A stretch of DNA of 64,000 nucleotides from Lachnospiraceae bacterium. Its GTDB lineage: Bacteria; Bacillota; Clostridia; Lachnospirales; Lachnospiraceae. Position numbers and translations under genes: made by a program. The notes below the pieces were generated by a model. The model made no database searches, had not been told where the DNA came from, and was given only the letters and a program-made list of their open reading frames with translations. Below are positions 10,109 to 19,050 of the stretch, one piece after another. The stretch lies in the NCBI GenBank assembly GCA_017540265.1, contig JAFYBJ010000008.1, positions 8,109-72,108 on the forward strand. The letters run 5' to 3'. Each line of letters starts with the position of its first letter. Within the stretch, counting starts at the first letter, position 1.

Positions 10109-10798
10109 TTATACGCCGCCGAACCTGCGGTTTCTTGCCGCATAGGCTTCCAAAGCCTTATCAAGTTCTTTTTCGTCAAAATCCGGCCAGGCCGTATCAG
10201 TAAAATAAAATTCAGAATATGCGCACTGCCAGAGAAGGAAATTCGATAACCTCTGCTCACCGCTGGTACGTATGAGCAGATCCGGGTCCGGATAAGGCCA
10301 TGTATCAAGATTTTCTTCTATCAATGCAGCATTTATATCGCCCGGGGCCACCCCCGAATCGGAAAGCTTTTTAACAGCCCTCACTATCTCGTCTCTTCCG
10401 CCGTAATTAAGAGCTATTGTAAATTTAAGCTTTTTATTATCCTTTGAAACTTCTTCAAGCTGCCTTATGCTTTCCTGAAGCTCTGCGCTTAAGCCCGACT
10501 TATCTCCTATCACCCTTACGCAAAGATCATTCTCGGTAGCCATCTTAATACTCTTTTTTAAATAATCCTTAAGGAGCTTCATAAGAGCGGAAACCTCATC
10601 CGCCGGCCTCGACCAGTTTTCGGTCGAAAAGGCATATACCGTAAAATATTCCACTCCCTTATCTGCCATCACATGGCACATTTCCTCAACACGCTCAGCA
10701 CCCTTGAGATGGCCGAAATTCCGGGGCATTCCCCTTTTTTTCGCCCATCTGCCGTTGCCGTCGAGTATTACCGCGATATGTTTAGGCACGCTTCCCAT
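10109..10798 (-). CDS. uppS: undecaprenyl diphosphate synthase
   Basis: HIAVILDGNGRWA, FSTENW, RTSGEQRLSNFLLWQ. Confidence 0.97.
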   Translation of the reverse strand: MGSVPKHIAVILDGNGRWAKKRGMPRNFGHLKGAERVEEMCHVMADKGVEYFTVYAFSTENWSRPADEVSALMKLLKDYLKKSIKMATENDLCVRVIGDKSGLSAELQESIRQLEEVSKDNKKLKFTIALNYGGRDEIVRAVKKLSDSGVAPGDINAALIEENLDTWPYPDPDLLIRTSGEQRLSNFLLWQCAYSEFYFTDTAWPDFDEKELDKALEAYAARNRRFGGV

Positions 10799-10805
10799 AG
10801 GATAC

Positions 10806-11357
10806 TCAAACCTTCATTATGTCTTTGGATTTCTCATCAACCGCAGTATCGATATCCTTGATGAAATTATCAGTCATCTTCTGCAGTTCATCGGTAAGAT
10901 CCTTTATCTCATCCTCTGAGATCTCTGTCTTTGCGAGCTTCTTAAATGCATCATTGCCGTCTCTTCTGATATTCCTTACGGCAACCTTTGCATCCTCTCC
11001 CTTTTTCTTTACATCCTTCACAAGATCCTTACGGCGTTCCTCTGTAAGTTCGGGGAAAACAAGCCTTATAACAGCCCCGTCATTTGAAGGAGTGATGCCT
11101 ATATCAGATGCCATTATGGCTTTTTCTATTTCCTTTATCAGATTCTTCTCCCAGGGCGCTATCTGGACCATTCTGGGCTCGGGAACGGTTATATTACCGA
11201 CCTGTGCAAGAGGTGTGGGCGTTCCGTAATAATCAACCCTTATCTTATCAAGGACATGCGGATTTGCTCTTCCTGCCCTTACCGTAGAAAGGTCTGACCT
11301 AAGGAAATCCACAGCCTTCTGCATTTTCTCATTCATTTCTTTTAATCTGTCATCCAT
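10806..11357 (-). CDS. frr: ribosome recycling factor
   Basis: RAGRANP, PELTEERRKDL, VRNIRRD. Confidence 0.97.
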   Translation of the reverse strand: MDDRLKEMNEKMQKAVDFLRSDLSTVRAGRANPHVLDKIRVDYYGTPTPLAQVGNITVPEPRMVQIAPWEKNLIKEIEKAIMASDIGITPSNDGAVIRLVFPELTEERRKDLVKDVKKKGEDAKVAVRNIRRDGNDAFKKLAKTEISEDEIKDLTDELQKMTDNFIKDIDTAVDEKSKDIMKV

Positions 11358-11387
11358 AGCTTTACCTCATCTGTCATGTTTTTTATA

Positions 11388-12077
11388 TTATACGGTTATC
11401 TTTGTTCCGGAAAAATCTCCGCTCACGGCTTTTATTATACTGTCCTTTTCCGTAAGGTCAAATACAAACATGGGGATCTTTCTGTCCCTTGCCAGTATCG
11501 AAGCTGTCATATCCACAACCTGCAGATTTCCGGATATCACATCATCAATGCTTATCTCGTCATATTTCACGGCATCCGGATTTGTCTTCGGATCGGAATC
11601 ATATACTCCGTCCACGGCCTTGGCCAGATATATGGCATCTGCACCGGTCTCGGCTGCCCTTAAGACAACTCCCGTATCCGTTGAGAAGAAAGGATGTCCT
11701 GTTCCCCCGGCAAAGAATACGGCCTTCCCGGCCTTCATTGCCTTTAACGCCTCATCCTTTGAAAAAAGATTTGTAAAAGATGAGCAGGCAAAGGGAGTGA
11801 ATATTTCCGTATCAATACCGGAAAGCCTGAATATCTCGGAAACATATATGCAGTTCATCACCGTGGCAAGCATCCCTATCTGGTCAGCTTTTGTCCGGTC
11901 TATATTTTCACTGCTGCGGCCGCGCCAGTAATTACCGCCGCCAATCACTATCCCGATCTCAGTACCATTCTCTGTAAGGTTCTTTACCTGGGCGGCTATA
12001 CCCTTTATCACGCCATCATCATATTTTCCGTCCTTTGACAGCGCTTCTCCGCTCAATTTAAGCAATATACGTGACAT
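11388..12077 (-). CDS. pyrH: UMP kinase
   Basis: LLKLSGEAL, GGGNYWRG, GTGHPFFSTD. Confidence 0.97.
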   Translation of the reverse strand: MSRILLKLSGEALSKDGKYDDGVIKGIAAQVKNLTENGTEIGIVIGGGNYWRGRSSENIDRTKADQIGMLATVMNCIYVSEIFRLSGIDTEIFTPFACSSFTNLFSKDEALKAMKAGKAVFFAGGTGHPFFSTDTGVVLRAAETGADAIYLAKAVDGVYDSDPKTNPDAVKYDEISIDDVISGNLQVVDMTASILARDRKIPMFVFDLTEKDSIIKAVSGDFSGTKITV

Positions 12078-12103
12078 ATTATCTCCTTATATTTTTAAAG
12101 CTG

Positions 12104-13516
12104 TTAAGATAAAGACTGCGCTTTGAAGAAATCCTCCGGTGAAACCTCGGCATATACCTGGGAACACATTCCCTCAACAGCAGCGCCTGAGCTTATCTGC
12201 ACGGACGCAGATTTGATATTTCCAAGCACGATAGCGGTATCTGCAAGTATCACCGGACCACGCACATCTATATTGCCCTTGATGGCTCCGGCTATAACTG
12301 CGGAGGTACCACACATATCGCCTATTATCACAGCACCTTTTCCGATCTTTACGCTTCCGCCGCAGATGATATCTCCGTTCATCTCTGCGCCCTCTGCATA
12401 TATCTCACCGGCTTTGGTGATTCCGTTTACCGTACCGGATATATTAAGCTTTCCAAGTATATCTATATTGCCGGTAACAACACCTGCAAGCTCGAGATTA
12501 CCGTCCGATATTATATTTCCGTTTATCTTAACACCTTCCGAAAAACGTGCCGTTTCATCCGAAAGCGTACGCTCGGAAAGCAGCCTTTCAAGCTCTGCAG
12601 AAAGAGCCGCTTCCTCAGGCTTTGTTTCTTTTTTGGTAACAGCCTTCTTTACGGTATTCTTCTTCCTTGATACAGGTTTTTTCTTCTTATCATCCGTATC
12701 CGAAATGCCTATAAGCTGTTCTATGGACATCTGTCCCGCAAGCTGTTCCGCATCATTATCCGCAGGCTTTTCACTGTCTGCAGTCTCAGGATCTTTCGAA
12801 ACTGTTAAAGCCTCATTTACAGAAACACCGGGATCTGCTTCCTCACCGGCATCCTTAACCGTCTCCGTGCCCTTAAAAGCTTCTTCTGCCGCCTTTAAAG
12901 CAGCTTCCATTGCAGCTTCGGAATCGAGGTCTGTCAGGTCTGAAGTACCGGCTTCTTCCCTGATCACAGTCTCTTCTGTCACTTCATCTGCGGAAGGATC
13001 ACCGTGATGGATTTCACTTTCTGTTTCCTCATCTTCCTTAGATTCCTCTTTGGATCCCTCGTTTGTTTCTTCCTTAATTTCAGGAAGAGTTCCTATATCT
13101 TCCTTTTCGGAATTAAGTTCTCCCTGTATGGATTCAAGCATGGCATTAAGATCAAAATTACCTATATCCTCTCCCTTTGCTTCGAAATCCTCATCTGCCG
13201 TTTCATCTTCTTCAGCATCCGAAAAATCAGGCAGTTCTCCTGCTTCACCGTCTGTGCCTGCAAGCTCTGCCTTAAGAAAAGCTTCCAGATCATCAAGCTT
13301 TGCCGATGCATCTTTTGTATCATCATCTTCCGGATCCTCATATACTTCTTCGGTATCCGTTTCATCCGTAAATTCGTCTTCTTCTCCGTCAAACTCTGCC
13401 AGAAGATCGGGAAAATCACCATCCCCCGATACATCCGTATCATCTAAGAGAGCATCATCCTTAAGTTCATTCATTGCATCCGAAAGATCTGATTTAAGAT
13501 TCTGAAAAAAGCCCAT
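12104..13516 (-). CDS. bactofilin (polymer-forming cytoskeletal protein) with long acidic N-terminal region
   Basis: C-terminal ~133 aa with repeated xGNI/GDI beta-helix windings; ~320-aa D/E-rich low-complexity N-terminal region; starts MGFFQNLK. Confidence 0.88.
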   Translation of the reverse strand: MGFFQNLKSDLSDAMNELKDDALLDDTDVSGDGDFPDLLAEFDGEEDEFTDETDTEEVYEDPEDDDTKDASAKLDDLEAFLKAELAGTDGEAGELPDFSDAEEDETADEDFEAKGEDIGNFDLNAMLESIQGELNSEKEDIGTLPEIKEETNEGSKEESKEDEETESEIHHGDPSADEVTEETVIREEAGTSDLTDLDSEAAMEAALKAAEEAFKGTETVKDAGEEADPGVSVNEALTVSKDPETADSEKPADNDAEQLAGQMSIEQLIGISDTDDKKKKPVSRKKNTVKKAVTKKETKPEEAALSAELERLLSERTLSDETARFSEGVKINGNIISDGNLELAGVVTGNIDILGKLNISGTVNGITKAGEIYAEGAEMNGDIICGGSVKIGKGAVIIGDMCGTSAVIAGAIKGNIDVRGPVILADTAIVLGNIKSASVQISSGAAVEGMCSQVYAEVSPEDFFKAQSLS

Positions 13517-13532
13517 CCTGCTGTATTACTCC

Positions 13533-14471
13533 TTATCTGAAATGTATTTCTTCCGTGGTCCCGGAGATCGGAAGAAGCTCCGCTCCCTCCATCGACATAA
13601 CCGCTTCTATTATCCCGGGAAGAGCATCCACCGTGGTCCCTCTGCCTGCAGCATCGTGCATCAGCACGATCACGCACTCTCCCTCTTCCTTCTCAATACC
13701 TTTTATAACCGTATCCGCTATCTGCGCAGCGCTCTTTGTCCCCGAAACAGCATCCGCAGCAGAAACATTCCAGTCAAAATAGCTTATATCCTTTGCATCA
13801 AGATATGATATGCATTCATAAACATCCATAGTATGACAGTTACTGCTTCCCCCCGGAAAACGGTAATATGTACTGTCCACTCCCGTCACCTCAAGTATGT
13901 GACTGTGTATCCTGTCAAGATCATCTGCAAAGCTGTCAAGATCCGCATATACATCGGAATAATCGTGGGACCATGAATGCATCCCTATGCTGTGTCCGGC
14001 CTCGGCTATCTTCTTTAGTTCCTCATCATACTTTTCATGCCCGTTCACAAAAAAAGTAGCCTTAACATCATATGTATCAAGGATATCAAGTATCCTTTCC
14101 GTATTGGAACTGGGGCCGTCATCAAAGGTAAGATATACCTTTTTTGATACTGTTTTGGGTCTGCTGTTGCTTAATGTCCCGTAATCTTCACCGGAGGAGA
14201 GAAATACCTCATTCTTTACAACGGATACATCGGGATCAGCTGCAGATGCGGTCTCCTTTATGCCGGCATTATCAAGACGGACGGAAATATCCTCGATCAT
14301 ATTCCTTGTTTCCAGAATACTTTTTTCAAGCCTCTCCATCCTTATCAATGCTATAACGGAAATGACTGAAGGCACAATAAGAAAGAACATGAAAAAACAG
14401 ATCATGAAAGTCTTGATCTTAGCTATACGTTTTCTTTTATTCTTTTTTTCCTCAAGCTCTTCAGGACGCAT
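13533..14471 (-). CDS. membrane-anchored CE4 polysaccharide/peptidoglycan deacetylase
   Basis: Basic N-terminus plus one TM helix, then NodB motifs TFDDGP, HSWSH, RFPGG, DWNV, LMHD. Confidence 0.92.
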   Translation of the reverse strand: MRPEELEEKKNKRKRIAKIKTFMICFFMFFLIVPSVISVIALIRMERLEKSILETRNMIEDISVRLDNAGIKETASAADPDVSVVKNEVFLSSGEDYGTLSNSRPKTVSKKVYLTFDDGPSSNTERILDILDTYDVKATFFVNGHEKYDEELKKIAEAGHSIGMHSWSHDYSDVYADLDSFADDLDRIHSHILEVTGVDSTYYRFPGGSSNCHTMDVYECISYLDAKDISYFDWNVSAADAVSGTKSAAQIADTVIKGIEKEEGECVIVLMHDAAGRGTTVDALPGIIEAVMSMEGAELLPISGTTEEIHFR

Positions 14472-14477
14472 AGTGCT

Positions 14478-14505
14478 ATTTTAGTATGTTGATAAAAAGT
14501 GTCAA
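14478..14505 (-). promoter_or_regulatory. sigmaA-like promoter, probably giving a leaderless mRNA for the deacetylase
   Basis: TTGACA-16bp-TAAAAT; the ATG lies 6 nt downstream of the -10 box with no SD. Confidence 0.6.
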
Positions 14506-14567
14506 GATTACGTAACATCACCGGTTGTTAACCTTAGTGAAGCTCTGTTCTTAAGCTCACATGTGGC

Positions 14568-14600
14568 AAAAAAAACCGCAGGCAGATATACCTGCGGTTT
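14568..14600 (-). terminator. intrinsic terminator after tsf
   Basis: AAACCGCAGG/CCTGCGGTTT stem followed by a T run on the minus strand. Confidence 0.85.
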
Positions 14601-14620
14601 AATATCAGATGTATATCGGA

Positions 14621-15709
<1,089 letters not shown>

Positions 15710-15793
15710 TTCCTTATTCCTTTCTTTATCTTTAACAAAGAATATGCCGCTTCTTAAGCGGCACATTCAACATCGGTTCCTAATGTGGAGGAA

Positions 15794-16549
15794 TTAAACC
15801 TCTCCCGCTTCTGCCTGTGCTTCCTCAGCTGCAGCGCTCTCTGCTTCCTCGGGGCTTACAAACTCCTCGCCCTGTCTGCCTTCTATAACAGCATCAGCCA
15901 TCTTGGAAACGATAAGCTTTACTGCTCTGATGGCATCATCATTGCCGGGGATAACATAATCAAGCTCTTCAGGATCACAGTTGGTATCAGAGATACCGAA
16001 AACAGTGATTCCGAGTGAATGAGCCTCCTTTATGCAAAGATGCTCTTTCTTGGGATCTACAACAAATATAGCATCGGGAATACGCTCCATGGTCTTGATA
16101 CCGCCGATATTTTTTTCAAGCTTATCCCACTCTTTTCTGATCTCTATAACTTCCTTCTTGGGAAGAACATCAAAAGTTCCATCCTCGCTCATCTTAACGA
16201 TCTCGTTAAGACGCTTGATACGTGTCTGGATGGTCTTGAAATTGGTGAGCATTCCGCCTAACCATCTCTCACTTACATAATACATTCCGCATCTTGCTGC
16301 TTCTTCCTTAACTGCATCCTGAGCCTGCTTCTTTGTTCCTACAAAAAGAATGCTTCCGCCCTGTGCTGCGATATCAGATATCGCATTGTATGCATTGTCG
16401 ATCATTCCAACAGTCTTCTGAAGATCGATGATGTGGATGCCGTTCCTCTCGGTGAAGATATAAGGCTTCATCTTAGGATTCCAGCGTCTGGTCTGATGTC
16501 CGAAGTGGACGCCTGCTTCAAGCAGCTGTTTCATTGAAATAACACTCAT
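15794..16549 (-). CDS. rpsB: 30S ribosomal protein S2
   Basis: [28 protein letters not shown]. Confidence 0.98.
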   Translation of the reverse strand: MSVISMKQLLEAGVHFGHQTRRWNPKMKPYIFTERNGIHIIDLQKTVGMIDNAYNAISDIAAQGGSILFVGTKKQAQDAVKEEAARCGMYYVSERWLGGMLTNFKTIQTRIKRLNEIVKMSEDGTFDVLPKKEVIEIRKEWDKLEKNIGGIKTMERIPDAIFVVDPKKEHLCIKEAHSLGITVFGISDTNCDPEELDYVIPGNDDAIRAVKLIVSKMADAVIEGRQGEEFVSPEEAESAAAEEAQAEAGEV

Positions 16550-16559
16550 TTTCTTTCCT

Positions 16560-16682
16560 CCGTTTAAGGTTTTTCTTCTGTGCGATCAACGCTCCGCCTC
16601 TTCCGGCGTGCCACCTTACGGTATTTCCGCACATGTTTTTTCGCAACGTGACGATTTTATCATTAATTCACTCCCCGTGCAA
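16560..16682 (-). promoter_or_regulatory. rpsB promoter and structured 5' leader (probable S2 autoregulatory element)
   Basis: TTGCAC-17bp-TAAAAT at 16682-16654. The leader has TGTGCG...CGCACA long-range pairing enclosing smaller hairpins. Confidence 0.6.
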
Positions 16683-16747
16683 GGGGAAATTTTAAAGAAT
16701 ACGGCATCAATTCTTTTTTATGAAAATCCGGCGTAATATCCATAAAA

Positions 16748-16780
16748 GCAAAAAGACCTCAGAGCAACCTCTGAGATCTT
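16748..16780 (-). terminator. terminator after tRNA-Gly
   Basis: CTCAGAG/CTCTGAG hairpin followed by T runs on the minus strand. Confidence 0.7.
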
Positions 16781-16782
16781 AA

Positions 16783-16853
16783 AGCGGGTGAGGGGAATCG
16801 GACCCCCGTATTCAGCTTGGAAGGCTGACATTCTACCATTGAACTACACCCGC
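16783..16853 (-). tRNA. tRNA-Gly(TCC)
   Basis: GCGGGTG acceptor stem; anticodon arm TCAGC-CTTCCAA-GCTGA; T-loop reads TCCGATT; CCA not encoded. Confidence 0.93.
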
Positions 16854-16865
16854 ACAACGATGCTT

Positions 16866-16894
16866 ATTATCTCACCATAAATTATATTTGTCAA
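16866..16894 (-). promoter_or_regulatory. sigmaA promoter for tRNA-Gly
   Basis: TTGACA-17bp-GATAAT. Confidence 0.7.
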
Positions 16895-16911
16895 GCATCA
16901 TTTTTTAAAAA

Positions 16912-16985
16912 TCGAGGTGACAGGATTCGAACCTGCGGCCTCCTGGTCCCAAACCAGGCGCCCCACCAAACTGGGCCACACCTCG
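16912..16985 (-). tRNA. tRNA-Pro(TGG)
   Basis: CGAGGTG acceptor stem; anticodon arm CCTGG-TTTGGGA-CCAGG; GGTTCGAATCC T-arm. Confidence 0.95.
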
Positions 16986-16990
16986 ATGCC

Positions 16991-17620
16991 TTAATTTAAC
17001 CAGCCGGCCTCCTTCATCATTCTGCACATGCTGCGGGCAGCTTTTCCCCTGTGGCTGATCTCATTTTTCTGCTCGGGACTCATTACGGCAGTCGTGCAGC
17101 CGTATTCAGGAACAAAAAAGAAAGGATCATAGCCAAAGCCGTTTTCACCCTCAATTTTTCTTCCGATGATACCCTCACAGTTTTCGGTAACGGAAAGCTT
17201 TTCCCATTTACCGCTTAAACTGTCATATTTAAGCGCAGCTATTGAGCATGCAAAACGTGCTCCCCTTTTCTCATCCGGAACATCCTTCATCTCAAGGATG
17301 ATATCTTCCATAGCCTGCCTGTATGTCCTTCCGCCAAGCCATCTGTGGGAATGGATCCCCGGAGCGCCGTCATAAAAATCAATGCACAGTCCGGAATCAT
17401 CGGCAAGGATTATATGACCGGCAAACTCTGCCTTTTCCTTCAGGATGAATGAAGCAACGGCCTCAGCCTTTATAAGGGCATTATCAGCAAAAGTTTCTCC
17501 GTTTTCATCAACCTCTGTATCAAAACCTATATCTTTAAGGGTAAGAGCTTCATCATCCGAAAGTTCAAGTATTTTTTTTAATTCGGATACTTTATCCTTA
17601 TTTGTAGTCGCAAATATCAT
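16991..17620 (-). CDS. rdgB: non-canonical purine NTP pyrophosphatase (Ham1/RdgB family)
   Basis: FATTNKDK, ADDSGL, GFGYDPFF, KNEISHRGKA. Confidence 0.92.
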   Translation of the reverse strand: MIFATTNKDKVSELKKILELSDDEALTLKDIGFDTEVDENGETFADNALIKAEAVASFILKEKAEFAGHIILADDSGLCIDFYDGAPGIHSHRWLGGRTYRQAMEDIILEMKDVPDEKRGARFACSIAALKYDSLSGKWEKLSVTENCEGIIGRKIEGENGFGYDPFFFVPEYGCTTAVMSPEQKNEISHRGKAARSMCRMMKEAGWLN

Positions 17621-18765
17621 ATCTTAACCTTCTTTACAGGCTTCGGACCCATATACTGATAGAAATAGGTCTTAAGCATACCATTGTATATCTTTCTGTT
17701 TTTGTCAGCCTTTTTCCCAATATAGCGCTCCGCATCGGCAGCTGAGCTTATTAAGTACATTGACCAGGAATCCAGAGCCCTGTAGCGTTCCCCAAGTGTC
17801 CTGTATATCCCTTCTATCTCATCTTTATCGGAGATCCTCTCACCGTAAGGCGGATTTGTCACGATAAAACCATACTTCTTTGCATGGGAGAGTTCCGCAA
17901 CGGGGCGGACCTGGAAATGTATCATATCCAAAACACCCGCAAGCTTTGCATTTTCCCTTGAGATACGTATCATTTCCGGATCAATATCATATCCCTGTAT
18001 ATCGGGACGGACGTTAAAATCTGCAAGATCTGCAGCCTCTTCCTTTGCGTCCTTAAAATATCCGCCGTCCATGGCTCCCCATCCCTCCGCCGTAAAACTT
18101 CTTGACATTCCGGGAGCCACGCCTGCAGCCATAAGAGCAGCTTCTATGGGAAATGTACCGCTGCCGCAAAAGGGGTCAACAAGTATCCTGTCCTTCTTCC
18201 ACGGGGTGAGCATCAGAAGTGCCGCAGCAAGATTCTCCGCTATGGGAGCTTTTGCCGTAAGCTTCCTGTATCCTCTTTTGTGAAGCGATTCCCCGGTAGT
18301 ATCAAGCCCCACCGTCACTTCATCATTCTTTATGAACACACGGAAAGGATAATCCTTTCCGCTTTCCTCAAACCATTCTATGTGATAGATCCCCTTAAGG
18401 CGCTCTACCATGGCTTTCTTCATAATGCTCTGTATATCCGAGGGTGAAAAAAGCTTACTCTTTACACTGGCGGCCTTCGCCACATAAAACCTTCCGTCAG
18501 GTGGCACCCATTCTTCAACGGGAAGTGCCTTCGTCCCCTGAAAAAGCTCTTCAAATGTCTCTGCATGGAAACTTCCGAGCTTTATGAGTATACGCTCTGC
18601 CGTGCGGGAAAAAACATTGATCCTGGCCACAGCCTCCTTATCGCCGGCAAAGGTCACCCTTCCGTCTTCCACGGAGGTAACATCATATCCAAGATCCGTT
18701 ATCTCTCTTTTAAGCACGGCCTCAAGCCCGAAATGGCACGGCGCTATAAGCTCAAATCTTTCCAT
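17617..18765 (-). CDS. THUMP-domain RNA methyltransferase (RlmL/YpsC-like)
   Basis: SLHKRGYR, DPFCGSGT, TNPPYGER. Confidence 0.9.
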   Translation of the reverse strand: MERFELIAPCHFGLEAVLKREITDLGYDVTSVEDGRVTFAGDKEAVARINVFSRTAERILIKLGSFHAETFEELFQGTKALPVEEWVPPDGRFYVAKAASVKSKLFSPSDIQSIMKKAMVERLKGIYHIEWFEESGKDYPFRVFIKNDEVTVGLDTTGESLHKRGYRKLTAKAPIAENLAAALLMLTPWKKDRILVDPFCGSGTFPIEAALMAAGVAPGMSRSFTAEGWGAMDGGYFKDAKEEAADLADFNVRPDIQGYDIDPEMIRISRENAKLAGVLDMIHFQVRPVAELSHAKKYGFIVTNPPYGERISDKDEIEGIYRTLGERYRALDSWSMYLISSAADAERYIGKKADKNRKIYNGMLKTYFYQYMGPKPVKKVKI

Positions 18766-18768
18766 TTA

Positions 18769-19038
18769 TCAGACTGCTCCCGCCGCTTTCCTTGCTTCTT
18801 CGTCGCTTTCCTTTTCAAATTCCTCCTGCTGTTTTAAGAAGTCATTTAAGTCCGCAACCAAAACATCCACATCCTCCGAATTAAAGCCATGGACATACAT
18901 AGCCTCTTCAAGAGTCTCTCCGGAAGCCGCAAAACAGCTTATACAGTGCATTCCCTGTCCCATAAGTATATTTGAGATATACGGATTTACAGCAAGAACT
19001 TCCGGTATCAGCATATCCTTTCTGATCTCTGCAGCCAT
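18769..19038 (-). CDS. DUF1858-like small protein
   Basis: GMHCISCFAASGETLEEAMYVHG. Confidence 0.8.
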   Translation of the reverse strand: MAAEIRKDMLIPEVLAVNPYISNILMGQGMHCISCFAASGETLEEAMYVHGFNSEDVDVLVADLNDFLKQQEEFEKESDEEARKAAGAV

Positions 19039-19050
19039 CTTAATCCTCCA

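Noticed and set aside
12123-13505. Long Ser-rich plus-strand ORFs
   Set aside because: Antisense shadows of the acidic bactofilin region
16740-16990. tRNA genes as possible island integration sites
   Set aside because: No integrase or duplicated tRNA 3' end was seen, and the flanks are housekeeping genes
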